Below are positions 1 to 45,000 of a DNA stretch of 64,000 nucleotides, one piece after another. The notes beneath the pieces are model-generated. The model was not told the DNA's origin and did no database searches. It saw only the letters and a program-made list of their open reading frames with translations. Position 1 is the stretch's first letter, and each line of letters opens with the position of its first letter. The DNA comes from Lytechinus pictus (lineage: Eukaryota): NCBI RefSeq assembly GCF_037042905.1, contig NC_087251.1, positions 4,900,001 to 4,964,000 of the forward strand, given 5' to 3'. Both the position numbers and the translations under genes were made by a program.

Positions 1-1422
1 TTTTGGGCAGGTATTTCATCAACTAGGGAATTTCCTTGTAATAGGCTATGGTCAAGGCTTATAGGTATCACAGGCCTAACTCATTCCCCATAGACTCGTG
101 TGTTAAATTGGCATTTTAAAAAATTCATAAAAAATAAGGATGAAATTCGGGGGTCAAATGTTTACTACCAGTGGATAGGATATATGTCTGGCAATCCATA
201 TCTGACCAGAAAAGGGTCCCTCGACCGGCTCATTTTAAAAATAAATTGGCGTGTTTGAAGACATCGTCGGGGGGAGCAGATTCATCACCTCAAACAGCAA
301 AATAGCCCTAATCCTTCCGCCAGTCAAAATATAGTCCGAAATTGGTGATATTTCTTCCCAATTTGGGAAAAGGAAGTTCAGTAATTACCAAAAATAGAAT
401 CAGTGTTAGATGGACAATCATATGCATACACTTTGTCAATCAGCCATATCAAAATAAAAAAAATAGCAATGGGTTGGCTCGAATGAATATCTATGGCCTG
501 CCACTAGTGATTAGGCCCGTGTGGCCATGGTGAGACTACCACATATCGACCACCTCTTTTGAAACCGACCACCTTGCGCGCATTAAAATTATTGCGTATT
601 ACAAGCGAGAGAGTAGGCGCAGTGTCCATAGAAACGGTAAGAATCGAATTTACGAGAAAAAAAGAAGCAACAAAAAGTAAAAATTTTGTAGAATTAATCG
701 AAATTGTATTGATCAAACCCAAAACCCGCTGAAAAACCAAGAAATCCGATAGGAAACGGCTTTAGAACAAATATCCGTCGTCAATCGTCGAATCATGCGC
801 CGAGCTCGCAGTGGAAGTAGTGAAGCGATCATTTAGCATGTTGACGTCATGGAACTGATTTGAAAGAGTAAAAATATTTCGCCACCGCGACAAGAATCGG
901 CCGTAAACTTAGTGTACCGCGGGTGGTCGGTTTCAAAAGACGGGTGCAAATGAGCAAATGGAAAATCGTCGCATTCGTTGATCGTCGATATATACGCGGA
1001 TTGAATCGGAGTCGCCGAGCGAAACATGGGAATCTGATCTGCTCAATTTTCTGCACAAATGAGACGAAAACTGGGTAAAATTGATGAATATTTTCGCAGA
1101 TACGATGCTTAGAAGATTAGGTGGTCGATAAGGGGTAGTTCCAACCATACTCCCCGGTCCGGTTCTTCTTCTTCCTGTAATAAAGTACAGACTGCCGGTT
1201 GTGAAAGTTAACGACGTAAACTTAAAGTATGCCCTTAAAGTTAGACTGGTAATCGGCTGTTTCGGAGGAGTTTAAAAAAAAACATATGCTGATTTTTTTT
1301 CTCCTACACAGACAGATGTCTGCCATAGGCATAGGGCATAGCCATGCCATGGCATAAGCCCCCGATAGGGCTCATATTTATGCCATGGCATGGGATGGCA
1401 CTCACGCGTATGGTAGTGTGAC

Positions 1423-1864
1423 CAGTGCTTCCACTTTTCAAAACGGAACTTCCTGGAATTTACTCTGAAAGTTCTTGTATTGTAATTTTACTAAACATCC
1501 TGGAATTTTCTGAACGGTTCTCCAGTCTTCCATTATAAGTTATATAATTCTCTTCTAATATACACACACACAAAATGAAATATATTATACAATTTATAGG
1601 GCCCAGTGCCGTAATTGAGCCAAAAATGTTGAGGGGGCAAAACATGTCGTAACAGGAAAAGTTAATCAAAAGTCGCGAGCGAGCAAAAATTTTGATATTT
1701 TAATTAAAATGATCCAATTTTGTGATAGAGTTTGACATAATATTCAGATAATATGATATCATTCTCGAAAATGATATAGGCCTACTTCCTGGAATTGGAA
1801 TTCCTCACTTCCTGGAATGATACTGGAAAATAGCAAAATTTCCTGGAATTTCCTGGAAGCACTG
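1423..1864. mobile_element. hAT-type MITE
   Basis: TIR cagtgcttcc / ggaagcactg; perfect 8-bp TSD agtgtgac at 1415-1422 and 1865-1872; internal ttcctggaa repeats. Confidence 0.85.
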
Positions 1865-2544
1865 AGTGTGACCTTAAATTTCCACGTTACCTAATTTTGC
1901 GCACGGTCAAATACCTCAATATCTAATTAATATTTTGAAAAACTGATATCACCAACAGAAAGAGCGACTTAATATTACCCAGTATAGTAATTTTTTTGAA
2001 GGTAAGGTCTCTATTAATGAAAATATTGGCAAAACATCGGCAAATTTTGTTACCTTTTGCGTCTGCTCCGAGAAAATCCGACCTTCTCGACAAGCATCAA
2101 GAAATCGCCAGTTTGCAAGCTGAGGTCTCCAAATAAGTACTAGTATTTTAGTAAGTAAAATGTGATACCGACCAAATTTATGGCATTTTAACCTCCATCT
2201 GATATAATTATCTTACCTTTGTCTGCTTGATTTATTTTCTAAAGCTTTGCAAAACGATCGTGCGCAAATTTAGGTCACACTTTTTTATGACACTTTTTCA
2301 GCCATGCGCGCACTAGTCGATCGCCATGGAATTTTGAGATTGTGATACCAACAAAACCTATGACCTACTGTACAATTCTGTCAAGCGAATTTGACTTTGG
2401 GATCTTGCTTTTCGTTTGGTATTTATGATTTTTGATTAATTTTGTGTGAGCTGTGAGAAATTTTTGATTGAAAATCAACTCCATTACGATTTTTAAAATG
2501 TGCGCAAATTATGGTCACCCCATCATACCGGTATTGCGAGGTTA

Positions 2545-2819
2545 GAATCAGGACAACTCGGACTGTGGGCCCACCCGTTTCCTAATTTTTTTTCACAAAT
2601 TTGGGAATCACGAGTTGTAGAAAAACGCCTAAAATTACACTTTTTTTTTATTTCAGCGAAAAAAAAGTAATAGGAAGTGAAGAACATTACCATCAGATAG
2701 ACCATATCTCTAGAAAAATCGTTACAAGAAATTTCGAAATGACCGAAAAATAGATGCAAATTTGTGGAAAAAAAATCTTGAAATGGGTGGGACAACTCGG
2801 TCCGAGTTGTCCCGACCCC
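2545..2819. mobile_element. MITE with 8-9 bp TSD (Mutator/MULE-like)
   Basis: Inverted ends ggacaactcggac / gtccgagttgtcc; direct repeat cgaggttag at 2537-2545 and 2820-2828. Exact ends are uncertain by 1 bp. Confidence 0.7.
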
Positions 2820-4009
2820 CGAGGTTAGTATACTTCGCACCACGTACGTGTTTACGCTATGGATTTTAGAGTTGTCGGTTAACATTGCTTCATGACGCGA
2901 ATAATGCTTTAGCCGAAAGTCATTCCGTTACTCACCAGGGCTTTTTCTGGTGAAAAGCGTTCCATTTTCAATTTTTAATGTAAAAAGCATATAAAAAAGA
3001 GTAAAATCGCTTACCTCTGCCTGGAAAGTTGCTTCGCATGTCTCTTCGACGGAAATAGAAGGAAGGTCGTTGGTGGCGCTAATACAATTCACAACCTTAA
3101 TTCAGCTTGTCGGTATTTTTTAAACTAGATTCTTGATTCATAGTATGCGCAATTCCAATGATTGTTTGATAAAATAGAAACACCAATAAATGCAATAACT
3201 TAAAAAACATACTTTTTATATTATTTTTGCTGATGATAATACTTTTTGGAAAATATTCAAAGTGATGACAAATAATACAAAAAATATAGAAAATTCTACG
3301 TACCTTGAACGAAGCGCCGCAAGTGCTACCGTTCGTTTGTCAATTAACGTTTCACCAAAGTCTTTACAGTAAAAAGATTGGACACTTTGCCGACTTCGCG
3401 TAACGCTTTGCATCGATTTACGAGTAAAATAGTTTTTGTGCGTAGTCTTTCCCTCAGCGTTGCTTTCCCTTGTAGTGTCTTTGAATGAAGATAAATTGCG
3501 CGCCCTCTTTAGCTCATTAGACAAAAAATTTGGGAAATCGCAAGCTCGCTCCGTATTTTGTCAATGAGAATTAAACTTGATGAAATTTTTCTCCATCGCT
3601 GTAGTGTAGTTACGCGTTGGTTAACACAGGGAGCTCCGGCCTGCGAAGCCCAGGACTCGTCCGTGTGTAATACTAGGCAGACGTATACTCTCCAAAATGG
3701 GGTAGAATGGGGTGGCAATAGCACTTCAAATAAAAGTGGAAAAAATAAATTATGCACTTACCTTGATTATATGGATGAAGGTCTATCGGGACACAGAATC
3801 CTGACATCGAGGCACAAACTGGACCCTCAAAAAAAAGAAAAGTTCTGTCTCGTTCGTTCTCCTTCTGTCAAAATTGAAAACAAAATGGCTGATCGATACC
3901 GAGAATGAATGCGACATATAGGTCAAACTCTTCCTTTTTTTTGAGGGTCCAACATTCCGCTCATTTGCAAACTGACTAGACCTAGAATTTCTATTACTAT
4001 TTTATGAAA

Positions 4010-4138
4010 TTAAGCAAAACTTAAAATTGTCATAACTTTCTTATTTTACATCTGATTTTGATGAAAATTTCAGTGTTATGCTTGTTGGATTTTTCTCTTT
4101 TTATTCAAATCATCTTTCTATTTGGGTGGACTTGTCCT
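4010..4138. mobile_element. Truncated end of the TTAA-MITE family also seen at 21160-21765
   Basis: acttaaaattgtcataactttc...ggacttgtcct+ttaa matches the arm at ~21645-21765. Confidence 0.7.
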
Positions 4139-4142
4139 TTAA

Positions 4143-4694
4143 AGGAATGGTCCGGGCTGAAAATATTTACAGCTTAATAAATAGAGTAGAATTCACTGAG
4201 CAAAATGCCGAAAATTTCCTCAAAATTGGATAACAAATAACAAAGTTATTGAAGTTTAAAGTTTAGCAATATTTTGTGAAAACAGTCCTCATGAATATTC
4301 ATTAGGTGGGCTGATGATGTCACATCCCCACTGTTCTTTTGTATTTTATTATATGAAATCAGGTTTATTCAAATTTTTTCCTCCAAGAACTAGAAAAATT
4401 GGATTGAAAACTGATTTAGTGAATTAGATATTTATTGCTGCAACTTATTTCATTATAAGGGAGACATATTATTCACACAAGTATGAAATAACAAAAAAAA
4501 ATATGATTTTATGAAGTAACATAAGAAAACGGAAAGTGGGGATGTGACATCATCAGCCCACCTAATGAATACCGGTATTCATGACGACTGTTTTCACAAA
4601 ATATTGCTAAACTTTAAACTTCAATAACTTTATTATTTTGCTCAGTGAATTCTATTCTATGTATTAAGATATATTTTCAGCCCGGACCATCCCT
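4143..4694. mobile_element. Palindromic MITE at a TTAA site (Kolobok-like)
   Basis: Long inverted arms aggaatggtccgggctgaaaata...gatgtcacatcccca / tggggatgtgacatc...tattttcagcccggaccatccct; TTAA on the left and TTTA on the right. Confidence 0.82.
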
Positions 4695-6686
4695 TTTATC
4701 AAAGAAGGTGGGGTTGCTCACCCTTTTCCCCATAATCATAGTCCGCTGTAGTTAGCGTCTGGCCAACCACCTTCGTTATGAGTTCTACATGGCGTTTATT
4801 CTATTGAGGGGATATGGTGAAGCCAGACGAAGTCTCAGTGGAGCATATCCTGACCGAAATAGACTGATTTATTGGTCTAACATTCAATTCAATTCAATTT
4901 GGTTTATTAGATATAAAACAGAATACAATGCTGTAGACCGAAGAATAATTGTGCAATGTTTACATTGAATATTATTTACATTTGGAGATTGTATATACAC
5001 TTTAAAAAATTATTCACATTTAAATGAGAAACAGTTGGTTGATTGATTTTAACATTGATACAATACAAGATTTATGTTGACAAAAATTGTTGGGATCTAC
5101 CAGTGAATGAATGAGAAATGAGAATGAGAAAATGAGAAATTTAAAGAACGAAAAGGCTGTCTTGGAGCAATTAGCAGCTTTAGTAGGATGCTTATGACAA
5201 CATTTACTATACATTTTTTTGTCTTCAAAGTTTCGGGGGGGGGGGATCAATTGATTTTAACATTGACGTTAACACCAACTACCGAGTTGTATGTCCAGAT
5301 GGGTTGTTTGTTAGGACAAGACAGTATTGTCAGGAACTTTGCAATCAATTAATAGATCTAATCATTAAACAGTTGAAGTGATTTATCATCTTTTAGAATT
5401 AAGAGTTCAGACTCGGAGATCAGACAATATTACAAAATCAACGCATAACCTGCCTAACGATGTTTAATCTTGACTCTTCTTGCGATTGACTGCACAAATT
5501 TTGAGAAAATCCCGAGCAAAGTATGTTTTTATCTGCTGTATCTGGACAACGGGGGCCCCCCCCCCCATATGATGGGGTGTTCGAACTTTGCAAGTGCACA
5601 CATTTCAAGGCTAGAATTGTTACACAAAATATTTACATTTTATACAAAACCAAATTGACAGCAAGATTGTACAATGAAATATTATTTGTTGATATCGTGA
5701 TCTCGGATATTGGAATTAGATTTGGTGATCAAAATCGGTTCCTGCTGTGCAAGTTCTCTGGTAAATGTTGCCCTCTGTTTTTGTACAGTATTCCAATAAG
5801 ACAGCAATAGCAAATATTTTCTGCTTTGGTCTCAGATTGAAAGTAGGGTGTGAAATATGATTTTTTTTTTGCTTCTAAAATTCCTTGTGGATAAATAACA
5901 ATTACTTTTGCTCCATGTATTTATAATTAATAATTCTGAGAAATTCCAGAGCAAAAGATAATGTTTATATTTGCAACAGTGTCCTGACATCGGACTGCTA
6001 ATTCTACTACTAGGCAGGGAACTATGATTCGGCATGAGATCACCTATAGGCCTATGTGTAGACCTGTATGTATACAGTGCTTGGTGATCTCATGCCGATT
6101 ATATGTATATAGGCTGTAATATAGGCATGAGGAAGAGATTTTAGGGGATGAGCAAGAGTCCCTAATGTGGGACCATCAGGCCTATGGCTTGAGACTTGGT
6201 ATGTCTGCCTAGAACCAACAATAGACCACTTATCTGCTGTCCACTCAGAAAATTGATTGTGTTTCATGTTAGAATTGTTTACATGACAAAAAAAGATTGA
6301 ATACATAAAAGGACAAAGATGATAATTTTCCATTTAAAAAAAAGATAGTGAGTCCACCACATGTCCCCAAAAAAAAAATTGAGCTTGCACTTCGGTACTG
6401 ACATTGATTAGAATGTCCCTGTTTCAGGTTGAAAAATCCCCCAAACTTTCAGCTCATGCATTGCCCTCGCATAATTTATTGAGCATGATACCTTTCCTGT
6501 TCAAAAAGTGCAAAGCATGTCCTGTTATTAGGTCTAAATCTAAAAAAAACGATTCATGTGAGTTTCTTTAGGATGTCCAGGAAAGCTGTGAAATTTAAAA
6601 ATAACATGCATCAATCACTGACATTAAAAAAAGACCATCTGTTTTCTTTTCTTTTCAGGGATCAGGAGGTGAAGCGAGAGCATGCT

Positions 6687-39739
<33,053 letters not shown>

Positions 39740-39805
39740 GATCATTCTGCATCAACAATTCAGGCAGATAGTGAATAAGATTTAGGTAAACTTTAAAGAC
39801 ACATA

Positions 39806-40113
39806 GGCCCGTATTCTGAAGTCAGGTTTAACTTAGACCATGGTCTAACTCTGTGCTAAAATTATGGGAAGCCAAAATTCAAAAATTCTTTTTATATTAC
39901 ATATTTCTTATGTTTAGTATTTTGTTTCCTTTTGATTTCATATTGAAGAAAAATACCTCAATATACTTCAGTTATTATTCCCAGATAATTTGAGTGTCCG
40001 TTTGAGTTAAAAACTTGGATGTGTACTGTTAGGGTTAGGGACTTTCCATAGTTAAACCACAACTTTAAACCAGGGTTTAATTTTAATTTGAACCCGACTT
40101 CAGAATAAGGGCC
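39806..40113. mobile_element. PIF/Harbinger-type MITE just 3' of the stop codon
   Basis: TIR ggcccgtattctgaagtc / gacttcagaataagggcc; TSD ata. Confidence 0.82.
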
Positions 40114-40147
40114 ATAGATTCCAGATAAAGTGTTTATGAAATATTCA

Positions 40148-40787
40148 TTTTTTTGTCTCACCTGCATAGCAGAGTGAGACTATAGGCGCCGCTTTTCCGA
40201 CGGCGGCGGCGACGGCGGCGGCGGCGTCAACACCAAATCTTAACCTGAGGTTAAGTTTTTGAAATGACAGCATTACTTAGAAAGTATATGGACCTAGATC
40301 ATGAAACTTGGCCATAAGGTTAATCAAGTATTACTGAACATCCTGCCTGAGTTTCATGTCACATGACCAAGGTCAAAGGTCATTTAGGGTCAATGAACTT
40401 AGACCATGTTGGGGGAATCAACATCAAAATCTTAACCTAAGGTTAAGTTTTTGAAATGTCATCATAACTTAGAAAATATATGGACCTAGTTCATGAAACT
40501 TATACATAAGGTTAATCAAGTATCACTGAACATCCTGCATGAGTTTCACATCACATGATCAAGGTCAAAGGTCATGTAAGGTCAAAGAACTTTGGCCACG
40601 TTGGGGGTATTTGTTGAATTGCCATCATATCTCTATAAGTGTATTGGTCTAGTTCATAAAACGTGGAAATAAGAGTAACCAAGTATCACTGAACATCTTG
40701 TGCGAGTTATAGTAGTTTTCAAAATCAGCACTGCTGCTATATTGAATTGCGTGATGCAGGTGAGACGGCCAGAGGCATTCCACTTGT
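40148..40787 (+). mobile_element. HINE-like element, copy 3 (two fewer central repeats than copy 1)
   Basis: Near-identical to 32402-33366 at both ends. Confidence 0.85.
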
Positions 40788-41824
40788 TTAATGTTCAGCC
40801 TAGATTTTGGTTATCATGTATATAAATATGTAGATCACATTGTCAATACCTTCACCTTTACAGTTGATTTTATACTTCTTTAAATTTTATTATGGAATCT
40901 TGTTATTTACATGTTTACTGATAAATCATGTATGTTATCTGACATGGACAATGTTAAAAGCGACTTCTATTTTAATACAGTGGTATCTAAAATATTTGTA
41001 CTCCAAGTTATTATTACAAGTCAATTGAATAGCTTCATTAGTTCTTTTTATATATGCATTTGTTCATGGATGGCTCCAATGATACTATTCATTCATTTTA
41101 CTCAGCCTATTACAAGTTTTAGATATTTTAAAATGATAGTCATGGGTAGGAAATACACCTGAAAATATGCAAAATAATGTATGGTATATAACATTTTAAT
41201 CAGGTATACATGTTTTAAATGAAATTTTAAATGATAGTTATTTATATATAATTATTCGGTGGAAAATTTCTTTTGATGATTTATGTTTTGACTTTTGAGA
41301 AAGTTCACCTGTATGTGGAGCTCATTCTTGCAGTTTTAATTCAGTGTACAGTATATTGTTAATTTTTGAGTGATTTTGATAGAGACTGAAATCATGTCTC
41401 TAAATTCTATTCTATTACCATTCTTTAAAGTTTATATATCTTTATTCCATCCATTTCTGCACAAAGGGTAATAGCTTTGCTGGTATATTCATTATGTAAA
41501 TCACCTTGATGTCTTTTAGAAATTGTATGTGTCTGTGAAAATAATTGATTGTAATCATGTGTGTATTCAATATAAGCTCATCAATCTATACACATTCTTG
41601 GGTATAAGAGGATTTTTGAAGGTTTCCATGGTGGTATGTACAATCATGGAAGAGTTTTACACTATTTTTTTTATATCCACACATGTGAAGCATACCTATA
41701 TTTATCAGTCTATGGAAGAAATAGTTAATGTTTAATTAATGAATGCCAAGAAGAAATTTGCCAATACAATCATAAATTTAACCCAGGTTTGTATTATTCA
41801 TTTATGTTTGAAATATGATCATAG

Positions 41825-42045
41825 CAAGGCTCCACACTAACTTTTTTTCTTGACGGCTAGATCGTTCCACCAAAGTCGTTAATTTCATATTTTTGTGGCC
41901 CTAAAACAATAGAAAACATTACAATTCATCAAAACTTTGGGAGACCAATCAGGCCACAAAGTGTGGGCTTCTATAGAATTTTGGTGGCCCTACATTCATT
42001 TTTAGTTGCCCTGGGCCATTGGGCCATTGCTAATGTCGAGCGCTG
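41825..42045. mobile_element. Minimal 221-bp member of the 7-bp-TSD family
   Basis: Ends caaggctccacactaac / gctaatgtcgagcgctg; flanks atcatag / attatag. Confidence 0.78.
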
Positions 42046-45000
42046 ATTATAGGATAAAGTATAAGAATGCATGTACTTAATCATAGCTTAGACGCACATA
42101 AACTACTGCCCCCTCAGTTTTTTTGTTTAGATTTATTTCTTTGTCAACAGATATTACCTCAGTATGATGAACAATAAAATGATAAAATCTACCGTTCAAC
42201 ATGTTATTACCAATACCATTCTGGAACTGTGTTGTCCATTTTCAAATGTCTTATAAAATTTCAGTAAATTAGTGTACTGGTAATAATGATAAAATGTGTT
42301 TATTTAAAAAGAATTATTTACCCAGGGTAGCCATTTTAGTAACTTTACCAGCGGTTCCATGACATTTGCTCTGGTGACAATTACTCCTATGGAAAATCTT
42401 AGTGTTAAACCGAACATAAAACATAACCTCCCAAACTAAATAAACCCTATTTCTTATCTTTACATTGTTTTGAAACAAAAAACTCTATTACAATCCTAAT
42501 TCTAACCCTATGTCACAGGAGCAAATGTTGTGTCACCATACCAGTGGACCCTTTATAACATCTTATTATTATTAACCTTCTGCAATATGCTGAACACCAG
42601 ACTAGAAGGCAATTATTTATAAAATGAGGTGGCTTGGATTTGAACACATAATCTGCTATTCATTAGGTTACAACTGATTACTTGGTAAAACTTTACTATA
42701 ATTAGAATGAATTGATCTCTTAGCAGGGAAAAAATTACACGAGGGATGGGGATGATTTAGCCCCCAAAATGCTATAAGAAAATTGGAAATCCCCATTCAT
42801 TGCAATGTTAAAGCTTATCCAATGTTGCAGATTTAGGCAGTAAGTTGTGAAAATAAGCCCCTTAAATTTTTTTCAGAATCACCCGATGGACATCCATTAA
42901 AAGCTTTGGCTTTAAAATATGTCATCATATGTCAGGTATATCTTGTTTAACTGGTTTTCAAATAGGTAGCATCAAACCAGTGAATGCTTGATAACAACAC
43001 TTTATTAATACTTATTTTTAGTATGACAAGTCAGTCCTTGCCATTATTGATATTCAGAAAAGGAATTGCTGCATTCATGTACAATTTTTTTTTATCAACA
43101 AGCTATCTGCTATACACAATGAACTACCAATTTCGTTTCAATGTCAGTTACATTTTACCCAGTTGTAAGCCAAAATCATTTTTTTTCCTAAGTGTTATAA
43201 TTGTAATTATATTTCCTGAATACTTTAGAACATTCCACCACAGGTGCTATTGTGATCTGGTTTTCTTTTGATAGAAAGACAACCATTCAATAAAACACAG
43301 TAACGTGTGGAAGTAAATTTGGAGCTTGTGATTTGATTTTCAATCTTAGTACACACATAATATTACCTATGGTTTACCCCAGGTAACAATAGCAGAGAGA
43401 GTTGGAATCAACTCTAGAAATCAAATGCAATACGATTTTCACTAAACTAGAAGCGCATATTTAGAACTTGTGCTTGATTTTCAGAGTTTTATGTACTAAA
43501 CCTGTTTTGCAATGGGAACCAGATCAGATATTGATCTTTGACCTTAGATGTTGATGTTAGTGATTGCAATATTTGTGGTGTATATGAATTGTGTGGTGCC
43601 TGTGCAGTAGTCCTGAGATAGCTAGAGTGCTGATGTAGTTTGCACAAAGAAAGAAAACACAGATTTTTTTTTAATGTATTTTTCAATGCAGTCAAATCCC
43701 TTCATGCTTCATGATTGACAATTCATTAGACTGAACAATTGACATAATTTAACCTCCGAAGTGAATTAAATGATAGCAGTTGACTTGCTGGTCAATTGGT
43801 CATAGCAGTTGACTTGGAAGTCAACTATGTCCGACGATACCTTGCAGCTTACAATGTTTAAACCTGCATTGTGACTCAGTGAAATGCATTAATTATAGCA
43901 TATGAGCAAAATTGTTTTAAAGCTTCATAAGAACTTCATTAAATTTATGAAATTATGAAAATAATGTCTGTGAGGCAAAAGATAGCTTTCTATCTTCAAA
44001 AGAGAAAAGCTATAACATCCTCTATCATGTGGAGGTGTGACCTATAAATTTTTTTTGTGTGTGTTTGTCCCATTTTCATGTTTCTTTGTGGTTTTATATC
44101 ATGCACAATGCTCAGTTTGGACTGTCAGAGGCCAAAGACCAACTGTCCAAGACCAAAGATGTGCCAGGCCAATTCAGACCTCTGAAGGCAGGTCACATAA
44201 TTGTCTTTGATACCAAGGCCAGGCGGGTGTTTCATAAAGCTGTTTGTAAGTTAAGAGCAACTTTAAGTACGACTCGAGGATCACCATGCATGATTGATAG
44301 TTAGATTTAGTGACTTGTTACCTTGGTATTTCTTAAATATTTTCTGGCCTTTCCAGGCCAAGTAGTTCAGACCATCAAGGACTACACATTCAAAGCCAAT
44401 TTCAAAGCTACATAATTGCCCTCAAGGCCGGCCTCGAGGAGAACCACATTGGAAGAACATGAAATAAACAACCAGGAATAATAATAATTTGACATTGTAC
44501 ATGACACTCTCTGTACTACAGTCATTAGTATAGGGATTCAGTCGGCGTTTTGGGGTCACCTTTACATGTTGGATTTATGTAGCAATTTTTCATATTTACG
44601 GTGTCATTTTAACATCATAACATATCATAATGTGCTTTATGATGAAAGTTCAATCAAATATTCCTCATTTTGAACAGATTACCCAAGGGAATTAATTTAT
44701 ATTTTCTGCATTTTGCGTCTCCTATTGTAAGAAATTAATATGTTTAGTCCTTATGTTCACAAAAAGACTTTGGGAATATCAAATGCCTTGAAAATAAATG
44801 AACAAGTAAAGTCGGGCTCGGAGTCAATGACATTCCAAAGTGACTGCATGACCAAACCCAATAACAATCAGTACTTTCAGGTGAGCATGCTTGGCATATG
44901 ATATGCTACGAACTTTATTTTTATTATACATATTTATGGTGGTGGTTATTAAGTTAACGCCCCCGTGAGTGTGCCTTTTTAATAATTATGAACGTTGAAA

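Noticed and set aside
833..1148. Overlapping minus-strand ORFs of 64-71 aa
   Set aside because: No recognisable domain or splice structure; expected by chance in GC-richer DNA.
2990..3812. Minus-strand ATG..gtaag mini-exons (MRSNFPGR; MSGFCVPIDLHPYNQ) as a possible SLC25A21 first exon
   Set aside because: No resemblance to a mitochondrial carrier N-terminus; they lie among inverted-repeat fragments and no downstream exon could be linked.
5400..5770. Candidate upstream exons ending at gtatgt (5521) or gtaaat (5761)
   Set aside because: No convincing open frame or acceptor; cannot be distinguished from chance without transcript data.
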